64,000 bases of DNA from Eledone cirrhosa. Lineage: Eukaryota. Below, piece after piece: positions 28,905-41,400 of the stretch. Within the stretch, counting starts at the first letter, position 1, and the number at the start of each line of letters is the position of its first letter. Below the pieces are notes generated by a model. The model searched no databases. It was not told where the DNA came from and saw only the letters and a list, made by a program, of their open reading frames with translations. Made by a program: the position numbers and the translations under genes. The stretch is from NCBI GenBank assembly GCA_964016885.1, contig OZ024741.1:58590001-58654000 (forward strand), in the 5' to 3' direction.

Positions 28905-29100
28905 GTTTGTTTATTATTGTCAGTATATTATGATACATGTGTTTATCATTGTCAATATATTACAGTACATGTTTTTTTTTATTATTATCAATATATTATG
29001 GAACATGCATTTATTTTTATCAATATATTATGGTAAATATATTTATTTATCAATTATGACACATGTATTTATAATTGTCAATATATTGTAATATTGTAAT
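28905..29100 (+). repeat. ~32-bp AT-rich minisatellite, about 6 copies
   Basis: Unit ttattattgtcaatatattatgatacatgt. Confidence 0.8.
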
Positions 29101-31322
29101 AGAAAAGGAGGAAATATTTTGTTAGTTCAGTGAAATAGAATTAAGTTAAATGTTATATGTATGAACATTTCTTGTACTATAGATATTGTGAACACAAATG
29201 AACATGATGCTAATTTGTCTAGCTTTTGCAATTTTCTATGAATCTTGACAAACATATGTCATTTATAACATTTTGACCTTTTACCACTGGTGCAAGATCA
29301 CATTTCTTTGTTGGTAACCTCATATATTGCTTCTATCATTGCTAATTTAAGTTAACACATGTTCTCTCCATATTTGATTGGAAGTATATGTATGCTGTGT
29401 TCATTAAAACAAAACTGCAAATTTTCTGCTGGCTAGATTTGTTATTAATTTCATTTCCTAACATATTTCTAATCAATATACATTTTGTGCATGTAAAATT
29501 AATATTATTTCACCGTATGATTCTCAAGAGAATATTAAAATGAGATCAGCTTTGTGCACATGTGATTATATGGTTTAATATAAGGGATTTAATATAGTAA
29601 AAAGAATCAATTAGATTGATATAGTGTGTCAATAACCTAGCTTAAAATCATCTGCATGCAACCCATGCTAGCATGGAAAATATCATAAAATGATGATGAT
29701 GATCTTATCCCTATCCACCCATCCCCAACAGTAATTGATGTAAGTTGTTTGTTGATATACTGGGAGTGTTTGGGTGTAGTTTTGAATGGTGTGATTGGTT
29801 ATACTGTATATCTTGTTTGGTATATATCTGATGGATAAAGTTGAAAGTAGATTGATAGATGACATTTACTTGAGTTCATGATTAGCATTTGGCTTACTAT
29901 AGATTTGTTTGCATTCACGTTAAGGCAATTAACAGTTATAGTTATATATTTATATATACATGCATTCCTATTCTTTCTCTTGTGTATCTTAAGAGGAAAA
30001 TTAGTATGGTTTAATGTTTAGTTTGAAGAGAGAAGGTAGACAAGACTCTTCAGTCTTAATGACAATATGCAAAGCTCCCTAATGCTGGGTACATAGTAAA
30101 ATGTACCCAGTTCAGTATTTTTATTTCTTCTTCTCCTTCTCCTCCTCCCACAATAAAATGCACTTTTAGATTATCACTTTCTGTGTTATTCTACAAGATA
30201 AGATATTTTTTCAGCTATGACCACAGTTTAATGTCTGAAACCAGTAAAGGAAGAAAAGAATGGTATTATAAGTTATATGGTTTTCAGTGAAATGTTTAAT
30301 CATTATTTTTCAATTCCTTTTGTCTTTGGGCTATTTTCTGTTATTAAAGCTTGTTTCAAATATTATATTTGATGTTTCTATGAATATTTTCTATTTGCTC
30401 AGTTGGCTTTTGACATAGAAATTGGAACTATTAAGAACATTATGGAAATTAGCTCTTACAAACTGATGACATGTCTGACCATTCCATGTGGGGCAGCGTG
30501 AGGAAGGGTAGGGTTACTTTTAAATATCAATGAAGAAACAAAGTGTTGGAGGCATTTAAGTTGTCTTTTTAAACAATTCCAGTCTGTGGCTTCTGTTGTT
30601 ATCAATCAGTATAATAAATCATATCAGTCACTGTAATAAATCATTTATATTGCTATAAGAGCTAACACTAATAACAATAGAGTCTCTATGGTGTTGCTTC
30701 AATCTCCACCCTCCTTACAAAAAACAAAAGTATAACTGTTTTAAGAAGAATAACACCATATTCTGTCATAAGAGGCAACTAAAAAAGGTTTAGCATCAGG
30801 AAGGGCATTTGGCCATAAAGACACTACCTCCAAATATTCCTGTCCACACCATACCTTTGTACCATAAAAGGTGACTAAAATAAAGGTTGGTGTCAGCATG
30901 GGCAGAAACTCACATCCAGCCCATGTCAACATGGAAAGTGGATATAAAAATGATTGTTCCTTCTTGTTGCATGTCTTGACAACAAAACGACTTTCAAATT
31001 TATCTTTCATCTTTTGATACCAAACTGCTTGAAACCACCTGTAGTACAAAACAATACAAAAGAAATGTTTAAGTAATGCTTGAAACATCACTTTACTAGT
31101 AACGAGAAAGTTATTTTACCAAATTCCTACAAATTATTTCTAAAATTAATCAAAACACTTTGGCAGTGTATTTTGCTAGGAATATGGTAACAAAATGGTT
31201 TAAAATATTGTGGAAATTGGCTGCTGATAATTGATAGCATGTCTAACTATTCAGTGAGGGACAGGAACAGTTTTAAGTGTTTGTCAAGAAGCAATGTGAT
31301 GGATGCATTTAAGTTATCTTAA

Positions 31323-31547
31323 CTCTTAATATCCTGTACAGTATAAAACTGCATTAGCAAGACTCTTTAAAAAGTACAAAATAGCTATATGACTGTGTCA
31401 CATTAAAAATTAAAGTCTTTATAGTAATACTTCAATTTTTTGCAAAGATCTGTTCACCAGTAAAAAATACTATAAACATTTGAATTAAAAAATGTTTTGT
31501 TTTTTTTTAGTTATTTTCTGCTAAATCATCTTACAGAATGCTAAGAG
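31323..31547. mobile_element. piggyBac-type MITE family A (related copies at ~33400-33730, 57770-58108, 61272-61424, 21170-21310)
   Basis: TTAA-ctcttaatatcctgta ... tacagaatgctaagag-TTAA. An empty-site paralog is present at 30550-30660. Confidence 0.8.
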
Positions 31548-33145
31548 TTAAACAATTCCAGTGTATAGTTGTTGTTATTATCAATCACTATAATAAATCA
31601 TTTATATTGCTATTGTCTACTTCTCATTGCACTTCTTAACAACAAAAACACTTTCAGATCTGTCTTTAATGAAAAAAAAAGCAAGAGAAAGCAAGGTTGT
31701 AATTCTAACCATTTTTTTGTTAGCACCATTACTAAAATTGTTCTTGTGTTTCACTCCAATAAAATAAATAAATAAATAAACAAACAAAACTGTAAATAAT
31801 GGCAGACACTAAATTCAATAGAGATTTTATTTTTGTCAAATTTTGTAGTGTTTCACTCAGCAGAAACATTTAACACAGCACCAACATTTTATCTACTAAA
31901 ACATAGTCACTTTCTATTTTACGCAAAAGTTTTTTTATTCATTTATTTGCTGAATTCTATACAATCTCTTGCTGGGCATGGGGCAAGAGAAGGTAAGTGA
32001 GTGGGTAATTGCTTTCAACTATCCGCATAAGGCATGGCACACACACACGAGAGAGAGAGAGATAACTTGTTGAATATAAAGTGTAGAGGTATATAAAGTA
32101 TAATTTAGATTAGGTGGAGAAGGCCCATTTTTATAGTATGTCACATTAATTTACAGGTACTGTAATTCATGTTTAAGTTAGAGGGCTCTTCATACTGTGT
32201 GCTGTGCTAGTCAACTATTGGTATTATGGTACTTTGATGTGAGTTTCATATGAGGCACCTCCATGTTCCTAAGGTGTGTGTGTGTGGGGGGAGGGGGGTA
32301 GTGTGCAGTTTTGAGGGAAAATAGACTCCTCCTGTTAGTGTACTGCATCATTTTATTTGTTATGGGGTTTAGTTTCTAGTTTCTTATGTTATTTTACTGT
32401 TTGTTCGTTTGTGTCTTGGGTATTAATCTTGTAGTATATATGTTGTGAGTTGTGTTCTTTTATTGTATAGGGTGTGTTGTGTATGAAGATTGTTCTGTTT
32501 GAGCAAGACATTGAATCAATGGCACAACTCAAAGAGAATATTATTATTATTTTATTAGATCTCACTTTCTACTTCACTTAAGATAAAGTTCTTCACTAAA
32601 ATATCTCCAATGAAATTTTTTTTTTTTTTTTTTTGTAAAAAAAAAAAGAATAATAAGCAAACAAAATCTGCTTCATTTAAATTCTCTAGAAAAAGTAAAG
32701 AAACATTAGCTTTATTTTATGTCTGTTTCACCACTGCTCTAGTGATTGCTAACATGATTATCATCATCATCATCAGTTTTATGTCAATATTTCCATGCTG
32801 GTAGGAGTTTTCAAGTCTTTTTGAAGCATTATTCTATGGCTAAATGCTCCTTTCCTGATATCAACTCTCAGTTGTTTCTTAAGGCACAGATCTTCACATG
32901 TCTAACTACTGAGCAGTGGAATTTCTGTTTATGCAAACGTAAACAAATATCACTGCCTGCAACGTCAGATACAAAAAAAAAAACACACATATTACACGCG
33001 TGTATATAAACACACATTCATACACACACATATTTATAATTATATGCATCTGTGTACATTATGTGTGCACACATGCTTTTTCTCCAAAGAAATGTTTCTT
33101 CCTTCTCACCCACCTCTATTTTTCCTTTTTTTTCTTCTCATTTTA

Positions 33146-33183
33146 CCTTCTGATGAAGGACTAATGTCCAAAACTTTAAGACT
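33146..33183 (+). ncRNA. Decayed minimal hammerhead motif
   Basis: cctt-CTGATGA-aGGAC taat GTCC-aAAAC-tttaag. The GAAA core carries a G>A change at a CpG. Confidence 0.5.
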
Positions 33184-34877
33184 TTTTCCTATTATATCAA
33201 GCATTAAACTAATATATATATCCTCATTGTACTTTATTGTTTTACTGTGTTATTTCCTGTTACTTTTCACATACATATGAATCGAAGGCAAATTTGTCCA
33301 TGATAGGATTTGAACTCGGAGCACAGAGGGCTAGACAAATAGTCATTTAGCATCATTTAAAGGCATTTAGCAAAATACATTTCATGTACCGCATGAAAAC
33401 ATATTAGCAAGACATTTGTGAAAGTTATAAAACTATGACTGCATCACATAAAAAAATTAAACATTTACTCTAATACTGCAAATTTACACAACAATGTCTA
33501 CTAGCAAAGATACTATAAACATTTAAATTAATAAACCACATTAGCAAGGCATTCTGGAAAAGTACAAAACAGCGCTATAACTGCATCACATTAAAAATTC
33601 AAGTCTTTACACTAATACTGCAATTTGTTCATGATAATCTGCCCACTAGTAAAGATACTATAAACATTTGAATTGATAAACCGGTTTTTAGATATTTCTT
33701 ACTAAATTATTACAAGGCATTAAGAGTTAATGCAACTCTGCCACTTTATTACCATATGTGGTTGTATTGTACCAGTAACGTATTGTTTTTCTGTTAGAGA
33801 ACAGTAAAGTGGGAGAATATTTTAAAGTAGCACGGATATTGACTTAATAAGAAAGCCACATTGTTGTCAGTTATAGAGAAATATTATTGATGATAGCTTG
33901 CTTCCATTGCTACTACTGAGAATAGTCTGCAGAATAATGATAAATATTGTCGATTATCTCCTCCAGTTTGTCTTAAGAACTTCCCTGATATGGTTGGCAC
34001 CATCAAGCCGGGAATAATCATCTCAATCATAACCAAATTCATATGAAACTGGCAATACATTGCAAAGTGGCAGAGTCATTAGAATGTCGAATAGGGGTAT
34101 TTGTTCAAGCGCTCTCTGCCATGAATTCAAATCCTGTTGAGGTCAACTTTACTTTTCATCCTTTTGAGGTCTACAAATTAAGTATCATTTCAATAGTGGG
34201 ATTGATTTTTTTTCTCTACCTCTCTTTATCACAGAAATCAGGTTGTTTAGACCTGGAGAGATGGGCTCTGGCAAGTTTGAATGCTCAAGACATGCCATAT
34301 GTTACATCAGTACCCCTACAATTCTATCAAGAGTTAAGGGTTCATGGCATGGCTATATGTAAATAAGTTGAATCTTTACTGATGAGGATATTAGTAGGAA
34401 TTAGGAAACCTAAATGGTGTCAAATTAAGCAGGAAAATCTTTTGAGCACCATGTAACCCTGTTGTTACCCTATTTCTAATGAAAGGCTCTCTGTGATTTT
34501 CATATCATTTTGAAAATAGTTGAGAATTTGGATGGATTTAAGCTGACGTTTGATGGAAGGATTTTAGATAAATATACATTTTAACCCTCCCATTACTATA
34601 TTTCTAATGAAAGAATCTGCCTGTGATTTTCAGATCATTATGAAAATAATTAAGAATTTGGATGGATTTAGTAATATAACAAACTTTCTTACTATTAAGC
34701 TGATGTTTGGAAAATGACTTAAATATTTTTACATACAATAATGATGGAAGCTTTTCAGATAAAGTACTGTAGTGTATATGTCATTATTATAATCCTGTTG
34801 GTATAATAATGTTCTCTATAAATACTATTGGTGCATATATATATATATATATCATCATCAACAATATTCTGCCTGGA

Positions 34878-34919
<42 letters not shown>

Positions 34920-36805
34920 GTGTGTGTTAATATAATTGTATATCTGCTACATGTATAACTATGTATGGGTGTGTGTGTGTGTGTGTATATATATATACAC
35001 ACATAGGCAAAAATGTGAATATAGTTATCCATTCTTTTGTTTCCTTGTTTGGTAATCTCTTGTGTGAGTGTATGTGTGTATAAGTGTATCTGTATTTACA
35101 AGTATGAATGTGTGTCTGAAAGTTGTTTTGTTTTCTTTGAATACATTACAGAAATATTTTATCTTTTTAAAATACTTTAAATTGATTTCCTCTGCTGTTT
35201 AGTTTCCACCTTTAACATCAATGGTCATAGAAAGTCTCATATATATATGTATATGTGTGCATGTATGTGAGTGAGTATGTATGTATATAAACATGTGTAG
35301 CCCTTTATGTTTCTGTATTAAACAGGGAGAAAAGGGTGAGAGAGAAATGTTTGAGTCTGTTGGTAGTAGTAGTAGATTTTATTACAAAAATGGTCCAAAT
35401 TGTTTTTTGTGCTACTTACACCTCCAACAGTAGATATTCTCTATAAAATTCTATGGAACAAAAGACTTTGGTTTTATTTATCGGTGGTGATGGTGTTGGC
35501 AGTGGCATTGGTAGCTGAGTTTGAATTTCTGATTCAACCAATTCAAAACTAGTGAAGATATATGCAGAATGTTTCCTGTATTTCTTAATTCTTCAGATTA
35601 TTACTAAAAAGTCTTTTGTGTGTTTCTCACTGTGAATCAAGCCATGAAATCCATTACAAAGACTTTGCAATTCTACATTATAAAGACTTTGCAATACTAT
35701 CTTGAGCATTTCAATTGATTTCAAATATCCTCTTGTATGTTCAACCTGTAACATTTCACAAGAGAAATCAGTTATTTTCATTAAGAGTTGTATTAAGCTA
35801 ATGATAAAAGTGTATTTACTTTAAATGTTTAAGTGTGCACATATAAAGAGCATGTATATTTAAAAGTTCAATAATTTGTTGAAAATGTCTCTATTGATAA
35901 ATTTAAATCTTTAGTAGCTAAATGTATTTCAAAATTAATATCTAATTTATTAGCAGTTCACCTGTGTTGTTGTTATTGTTGTTAGAGCAGCACTATTACA
36001 GATAAAATCTAAATATAATTCAAGATTTATTTGTTGCTATATACATACATTTTATTTCAAAGCTGAATGGAAGCTTTAAATTACATTAAAGTAGTCACTC
36101 ACTACAAATGGATTGCATTTGTGACAGCTGTTTAAATGTTTACGTTTCTTTAAAAAGAAGAAAAATATATTACCTGAACAATATAGAAGACATATTGCAG
36201 TATTATAGGATTATTAACAGGTGTTTTGCTTTTCTTGATTTAGTTAAACCGTTTTATATTTTTTTTAAATATTTCCTCAGTAATATATTTGTATTTATCA
36301 TCATATTACATCTTTTTTCCACACTGACGTGGATTAGACAAGTTGTCATGGTCCAAGATATGGCACCTTATCTTCTTGATATGTTCCATATTTGATATGG
36401 TTTTTATGGCTGGATGCTTTTCATCAACCATGATTAACCCTCTTGATACTAAGTACTTAATCAGAGCTTCTGACCTCTTTGATAAACTGGCACCCAGATC
36501 TCATTTACATATATTCTAGCACTTTACAGAGTGTACTGTGTGCATATTATCGTGTGTGTAATTATAGTTACAGGCAGTTCCTTTGTTAAAGCACTGTGTT
36601 CTGCACCTCCGAATGCATATCCGATGAGATGTTGGTGCAGAGTCAGGCCCTGAACGTTATGGTCAAACCCTGAGCTGATTGAAATCAAAATAATTGTCAC
36701 ATGCTATAAATAATTGTCACAAGCCATTTATGGTGCAACCTTGACTTCATTCCTGCTTACTTGAGAGAGAGAGACAGTGAGTGTGTCTGTGTATGGATGT
36801 ATATG

Positions 36806-36858
<53 letters not shown>

Positions 36859-39124
36859 TCACATTTAGTTGTGGTAAAGATGTAAATAAGAATTTATTTT
36901 GACCTAATGTTCATGTATTATCATTTATTTTACTCCCTTCTTTATCTTAATAATTGTTTCTACTTTTTGGCACAAGGCCAGCAATTACCCAGTGCATTAC
37001 TGGTACTTTATTTTATCGACCCCATAAGGATGAAAGGCAAAGTTAACCTCGGCAGGATTTGAACTCAGATCATAAAGGACCGTAACTCTATGCTGCAATC
37101 CACTGCCCTTCTTTATCTTAATAATGCTTCTAAGAATTACTTATTGTTTTTTTTATTTTCTGTTGGTGGAGGATGATATTCTTTTATTTGAACTGTGACT
37201 ATGTATCATTTAATTAATTAAATTGATTGTTACATCTGTATGTGTGTGGAGATGTGTAAATTATATATATACAATGAAAGTCTATATGATTCATGGAGCT
37301 GCACTTGCTTATATTTTACACTCTGTGATCTCTTCTGGAAAAGTAAACCATATTCCCCTGCTTGGATCATCATCATCATCCTTTAACGTCTACCTTCCAC
37401 ACTAGCATGGGTTAGATATTTAGGATATACAAATCAAATGAGTCAAATTCTCTGGTAAACAGTTATCTTGTTTAAGCATTCATTCTTGATATATATAAAC
37501 AGAACCTTATCTATCCTCTCTATCTCTCTCTCACACACATATATATATGACAAATGGACTCTACAGTCAAGCTTAAATAATCCAATGGCAAAAATTGCTA
37601 TCAATATGGTTTAAGCTTGACCATAGGGCCCCTATGCCTTATAATAATATGTACACTCTACTTTCCTTAAAGTATGGAGTACTGTTTAATAATGGCTTTA
37701 CTAGCTTAGTAGCATCTATATAAAAAAAACCAGATGTTAAAACGATGATGAATATACATATATATATTTCTGGAAACAAAATTGGCAGTGATTTTGAAGT
37801 TTGGGTTATAATGCTTCTTCTGAGGCAATCAGAAAAGACTCTACAACTGAGACTTCAAAGTCACTACCACTTTTTTTTTCCTAGAAAAACACAATATTTA
37901 TTCTGCTTTATGTATTGAGTGCTCATTCAGTTAATGCTTGACTGTGTATGTTTGTGGGTGTGAAAGTAATTCATTAGAAATTACCATTTCTCATATAAAG
38001 CTTAGTTATATTTTCTTTTATGTATGATTATAAAGGAAATTAATTGACTATTACTCCAGTTATCTGTGATACTTGTTCCATCTATTGATTATTTTTGGTC
38101 AATTTCACTCAGATTAACTAGAAACCTTGTCATAATAGCTAAACATTTCACTAACTTTAGTTAGTCTTCATATTGGCTCCTAGTAATTTATAAGAAATCA
38201 TTTAACTCTTTCATCACTCTATTTTTACAGAAATGCATTGCCTATAATTTTCACATTCTTTTGAAAATGATCAAGAATTTAATGGAATTTAGTAAAGTGG
38301 CTGGTGATAGGAAGGGCATTGAGCCATAGATAGCTTGCCAAACAAAGGGCTGGGAGGACTTTTCTGTTGCATCAAGGACATGACAGCCTTCCTAGTTTTG
38401 GTGATCTGCAGGATAAATGCACCCAGTACACACTATAAAGTGGTTGGTGATAGGAAGGTCATCCAACTGTAGGAAGTTTGCTAAACAGAGTATTGGAAGG
38501 ACCCTTTAGTTGTGTCAAGAACATGACAACCTCTCTTGTGCTGAGAGCATGAGAGTGTATGTAAGCAAGATGCAGACCCCGTATCATAGAACCTAGACAG
38601 TTTCATGTAGTTTGGTATAAAAAGGGTGATGTGCACTATTTTAATCACCCCTTTATTTAACCTTGCAGTAGATCAGATAAGCCTTTTAGTGTTGGGGTCA
38701 TGATAAAATGCCCCCAGCACACTCTGTGTGATTGACAATCACTAGAGATAATGAAGGGTAAAGTGAACCCTTAAATCAAGTTGAGGACTTGACAACTTCT
38801 CTCACTCTAATTCCACATTATAATACACTTGCCTCCAGTATACTCTGCAAAGGAGTTTGTGTTAGGAAGGTCCTCTATCTGTAGAAATCATACCAAAATT
38901 TGAACGTGCATATATGGTATGATTCCCATATTTGGCTAGGAGAGCAGTAGTGCCGAAATAAGAACTGATGAGTATGATATGCTCTTCATTATATATTCAA
39001 AGTAGAACTGAAAAATTAGCATAAGATATTATTTGGTCAATTTAAAATTTCCCCAATGTTTCATAAATTAACCAAATGTTATTCATACTTCTAGTTTAAC
39101 AAAGCCTCTAAAAAGATGTGAAGT

Positions 39125-39260
39125 TGTGGCCAGGTATGTTATGGTGTAATGGTTAAACATGGTTATCTGGCATGTGACAGATGTTTGGTTTGAATTCCTG
39201 CAGGGATTTCTGCCCACTTTTTCCATCTACAGGGGTACTTTACCCGACTTATTCAACTAT
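39125..39260 (+). mobile_element. tRNA-derived SINE head (not a functional tRNA)
   Basis: tggtgtaatgg and ggtttgaattcc boxes, but no pairing acceptor stem. Confidence 0.5.
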
Positions 39261-40259
39261 CATTTATAGTTAACTATTATTATAGCTATTAGCATTGTGG
39301 CAGTTTCCCAAAAAACCTAACATATTTTCAATTTCTTTTTTAATTTTTCAGCAATGTTGTCTACACTTGTATCTTCTATAAAACTGACTTTAGAGGAAAT
39401 ACCTTAAATTGTAATACACACACACCCATACACATACACACACACACATAAAAACACATTATTTATATATAGAGAGAATATGTATATATCCAAGACATCA
39501 TCTTTCAAGAGAACAACCTATTGAATTAGAAGATACCAATCTAACTAGCGAAATGTTATTAAACATTAATTTTTAGCCAAAACTTTCCTGTCTTTGACAT
39601 TCGTTTCAAGAACTAACCTATTTTAAAATCCTGGAGATAATGAAGTTCTTTGATGATTTCAAGACACAATGTTGTCTTTGTAGAATATTTCCAAAAGACA
39701 TACATTATTGTCTATTAAAATATTAAATGGCTATTTAACTCCTTAACACAATTTTATGTGTGTTTCTTTCTCTCTCTCCCTTTCTTTATACATATATATA
39801 TATATATATATATGTATATGTGTGTGTGTGTGTGTGTATATATATGTATACATACATACATACGTATATATATATATGTGTGTGTGAGTGTATGTATGTG
39901 TGTGTGTGTATATGTATACATACATAACCCATGCAAGCATGGAAAAGAGGATGTAAAAATGATGATATATATATATATATGAGAGAGATTGTTTTGTTAT
40001 AATTCAAGGAATTTAATCCAATCAGCTTTATCTAAGATGTCTAGAAATTATTCTCAGTACTACTTAACTATGGGAAAAAAATGTGTAATTTTCTGTTTCA
40101 GTTTCGCTATCTATTAAACATAATTTGATGGTAGCTTTCTTGCCATCATTATTAAGTAAATATAGTTCGGCGAAGAAAATGGAGTTTATAAACTCCAGAA
40201 AAAATTCTTAATGATATTCACTAACTTGATTCTGATGAGAGAAGTTGAGCCTTCTTCAG

Positions 40260-41400
40260 GACCATGCAGGGACATCCTCTGATGTCAGATCTAGGGACAA
40301 CTATCTCTACCAAAACGACCATACACCTTCGGCTCTCTAAATTGCCACTCACTCACCTCCTACCTCTCCATGAGGAGTTCAACAAGCATATCAACACCTA
40401 TAACATTGCAATTGTATGTGTTCAAGAACATCAATTTATCCACAATGAAAACAATCCAAACATAATTGGCCATAACATCAGCAAGAACACTCTGTTTGCT
40501 GCATTAGCATAAAAAATGACATCTGTGGTGTAATTGGAGGGGTTAGTTTGACAGTACAAACACACCTCCTTCCTCTACTTAGAAAGGTAACTAAAGTCAA
40601 TGACCGGGTTGTCCCTGCAGTATTCAAGGGAAATCCCTAAACTATTATAAGTTGCTATTCACCCACAATTACTTGCCAGAAGAGGAAGTAGAACAGTTTT
40701 ACCATCAACTGAGTGCTCCTGTCTCTGAAGTACTCCTTCATGCTATGCTAATTATTGGAGGAGACTTCAATGCACAAATTTACAGTAAACTTTCATACCA
40801 CCAGAGTACTAACAGAAATGGCACATTTCTTAAAGAGTTTCTACATCAACATAATCTCCTAGCTAGAAATACCACTTTCCAGAAACTGAAACAGAAACTC
40901 CCACACTTGGAGATACCCAGCTGGGCATCTTTCCCAAATTGATTTTGTCATTTTCAGGAAACCATAAGAAACAGCATTCATGATTTTCAGGCACATACTT
41001 CCTCTGCAGTTATAGGAGGAGATCACATCATTACAGCCAAAGTTAACCTTTTAGCATTTAAACCGGACGCATCTGGCCAGAATTCTATCACTTCTTTCTG
41101 GTCAAACTGGCCATAACTGGCTTCTCATACTTATGTTAAGGTATTGTTCTCAAAATAAATAATATCAAAATCTCGTAGATTCAATATTATGTGAGATAAA
41201 GTGTTTAATGTGAAAATACAAAAGTAAGTATAATGTAAATGCTAAAGAGTTAAACTTAGCCTGCAGATGAGTTGGGGGATCAGCCACAACCTTGAAGCAT
41301 GTTCTTGAAAATGACACCCAGTTGGAGGCAGGGGAAATTCAGACGACAATGCTAGACAGGGTGAACTGGAGGAGGAACTTTGGCATGGCACCGTAATGGA
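40260..41400 (+). mobile_element. Decayed, internally deleted LINE (APE domain plus extreme C-terminus), interrupted by a MITE
   Basis: CVQEH, CYSPT, IIGGDFNAQI, NRNG and QIDF motifs lie in broken frames. After the MITE comes LENDTQLEAGEIQTTMLDRVNWRR, which resembles an RTE-group C-terminus. Confidence 0.75.
41047..41249. mobile_element. piggyBac-type MITE
   Basis: TTAA-ccttttagcattt ... aaatgctaaagag-TTAA: imperfect TIRs with a TTAA target duplication. Confidence 0.75.

Noticed and set aside
30220-30250. ctgaaaccagta as a hammerhead 3' half (also 5040, 57130)
   Set aside because: No upstream CUGANGA; it appears to be the ordinary 3' end of a SINE family.
30403-30510. Exon-like segment (ctcag|TTGGCT..AAGG|gtaggg)
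   Set aside because: Contains stops, has no similarity to RXYLT1, and runs into a local repeat.
35598-35710. Acceptor-like site followed by a short open frame
   Set aside because: The frame is explained partly by a 21-bp tandem duplication (cattacaaagactttgcaatt); no homology recognised.
37783-37804. TGGCAGTG miR-34-type seed at a hairpin base
   Set aside because: The rest does not match miR-34, and it sits at the base of the stem rather than in a typical mature position.
39135-39205. tRNA gene candidate (also 43664-43735)
   Set aside because: A/B boxes only, with no cloverleaf; it continues into SINE body sequence.
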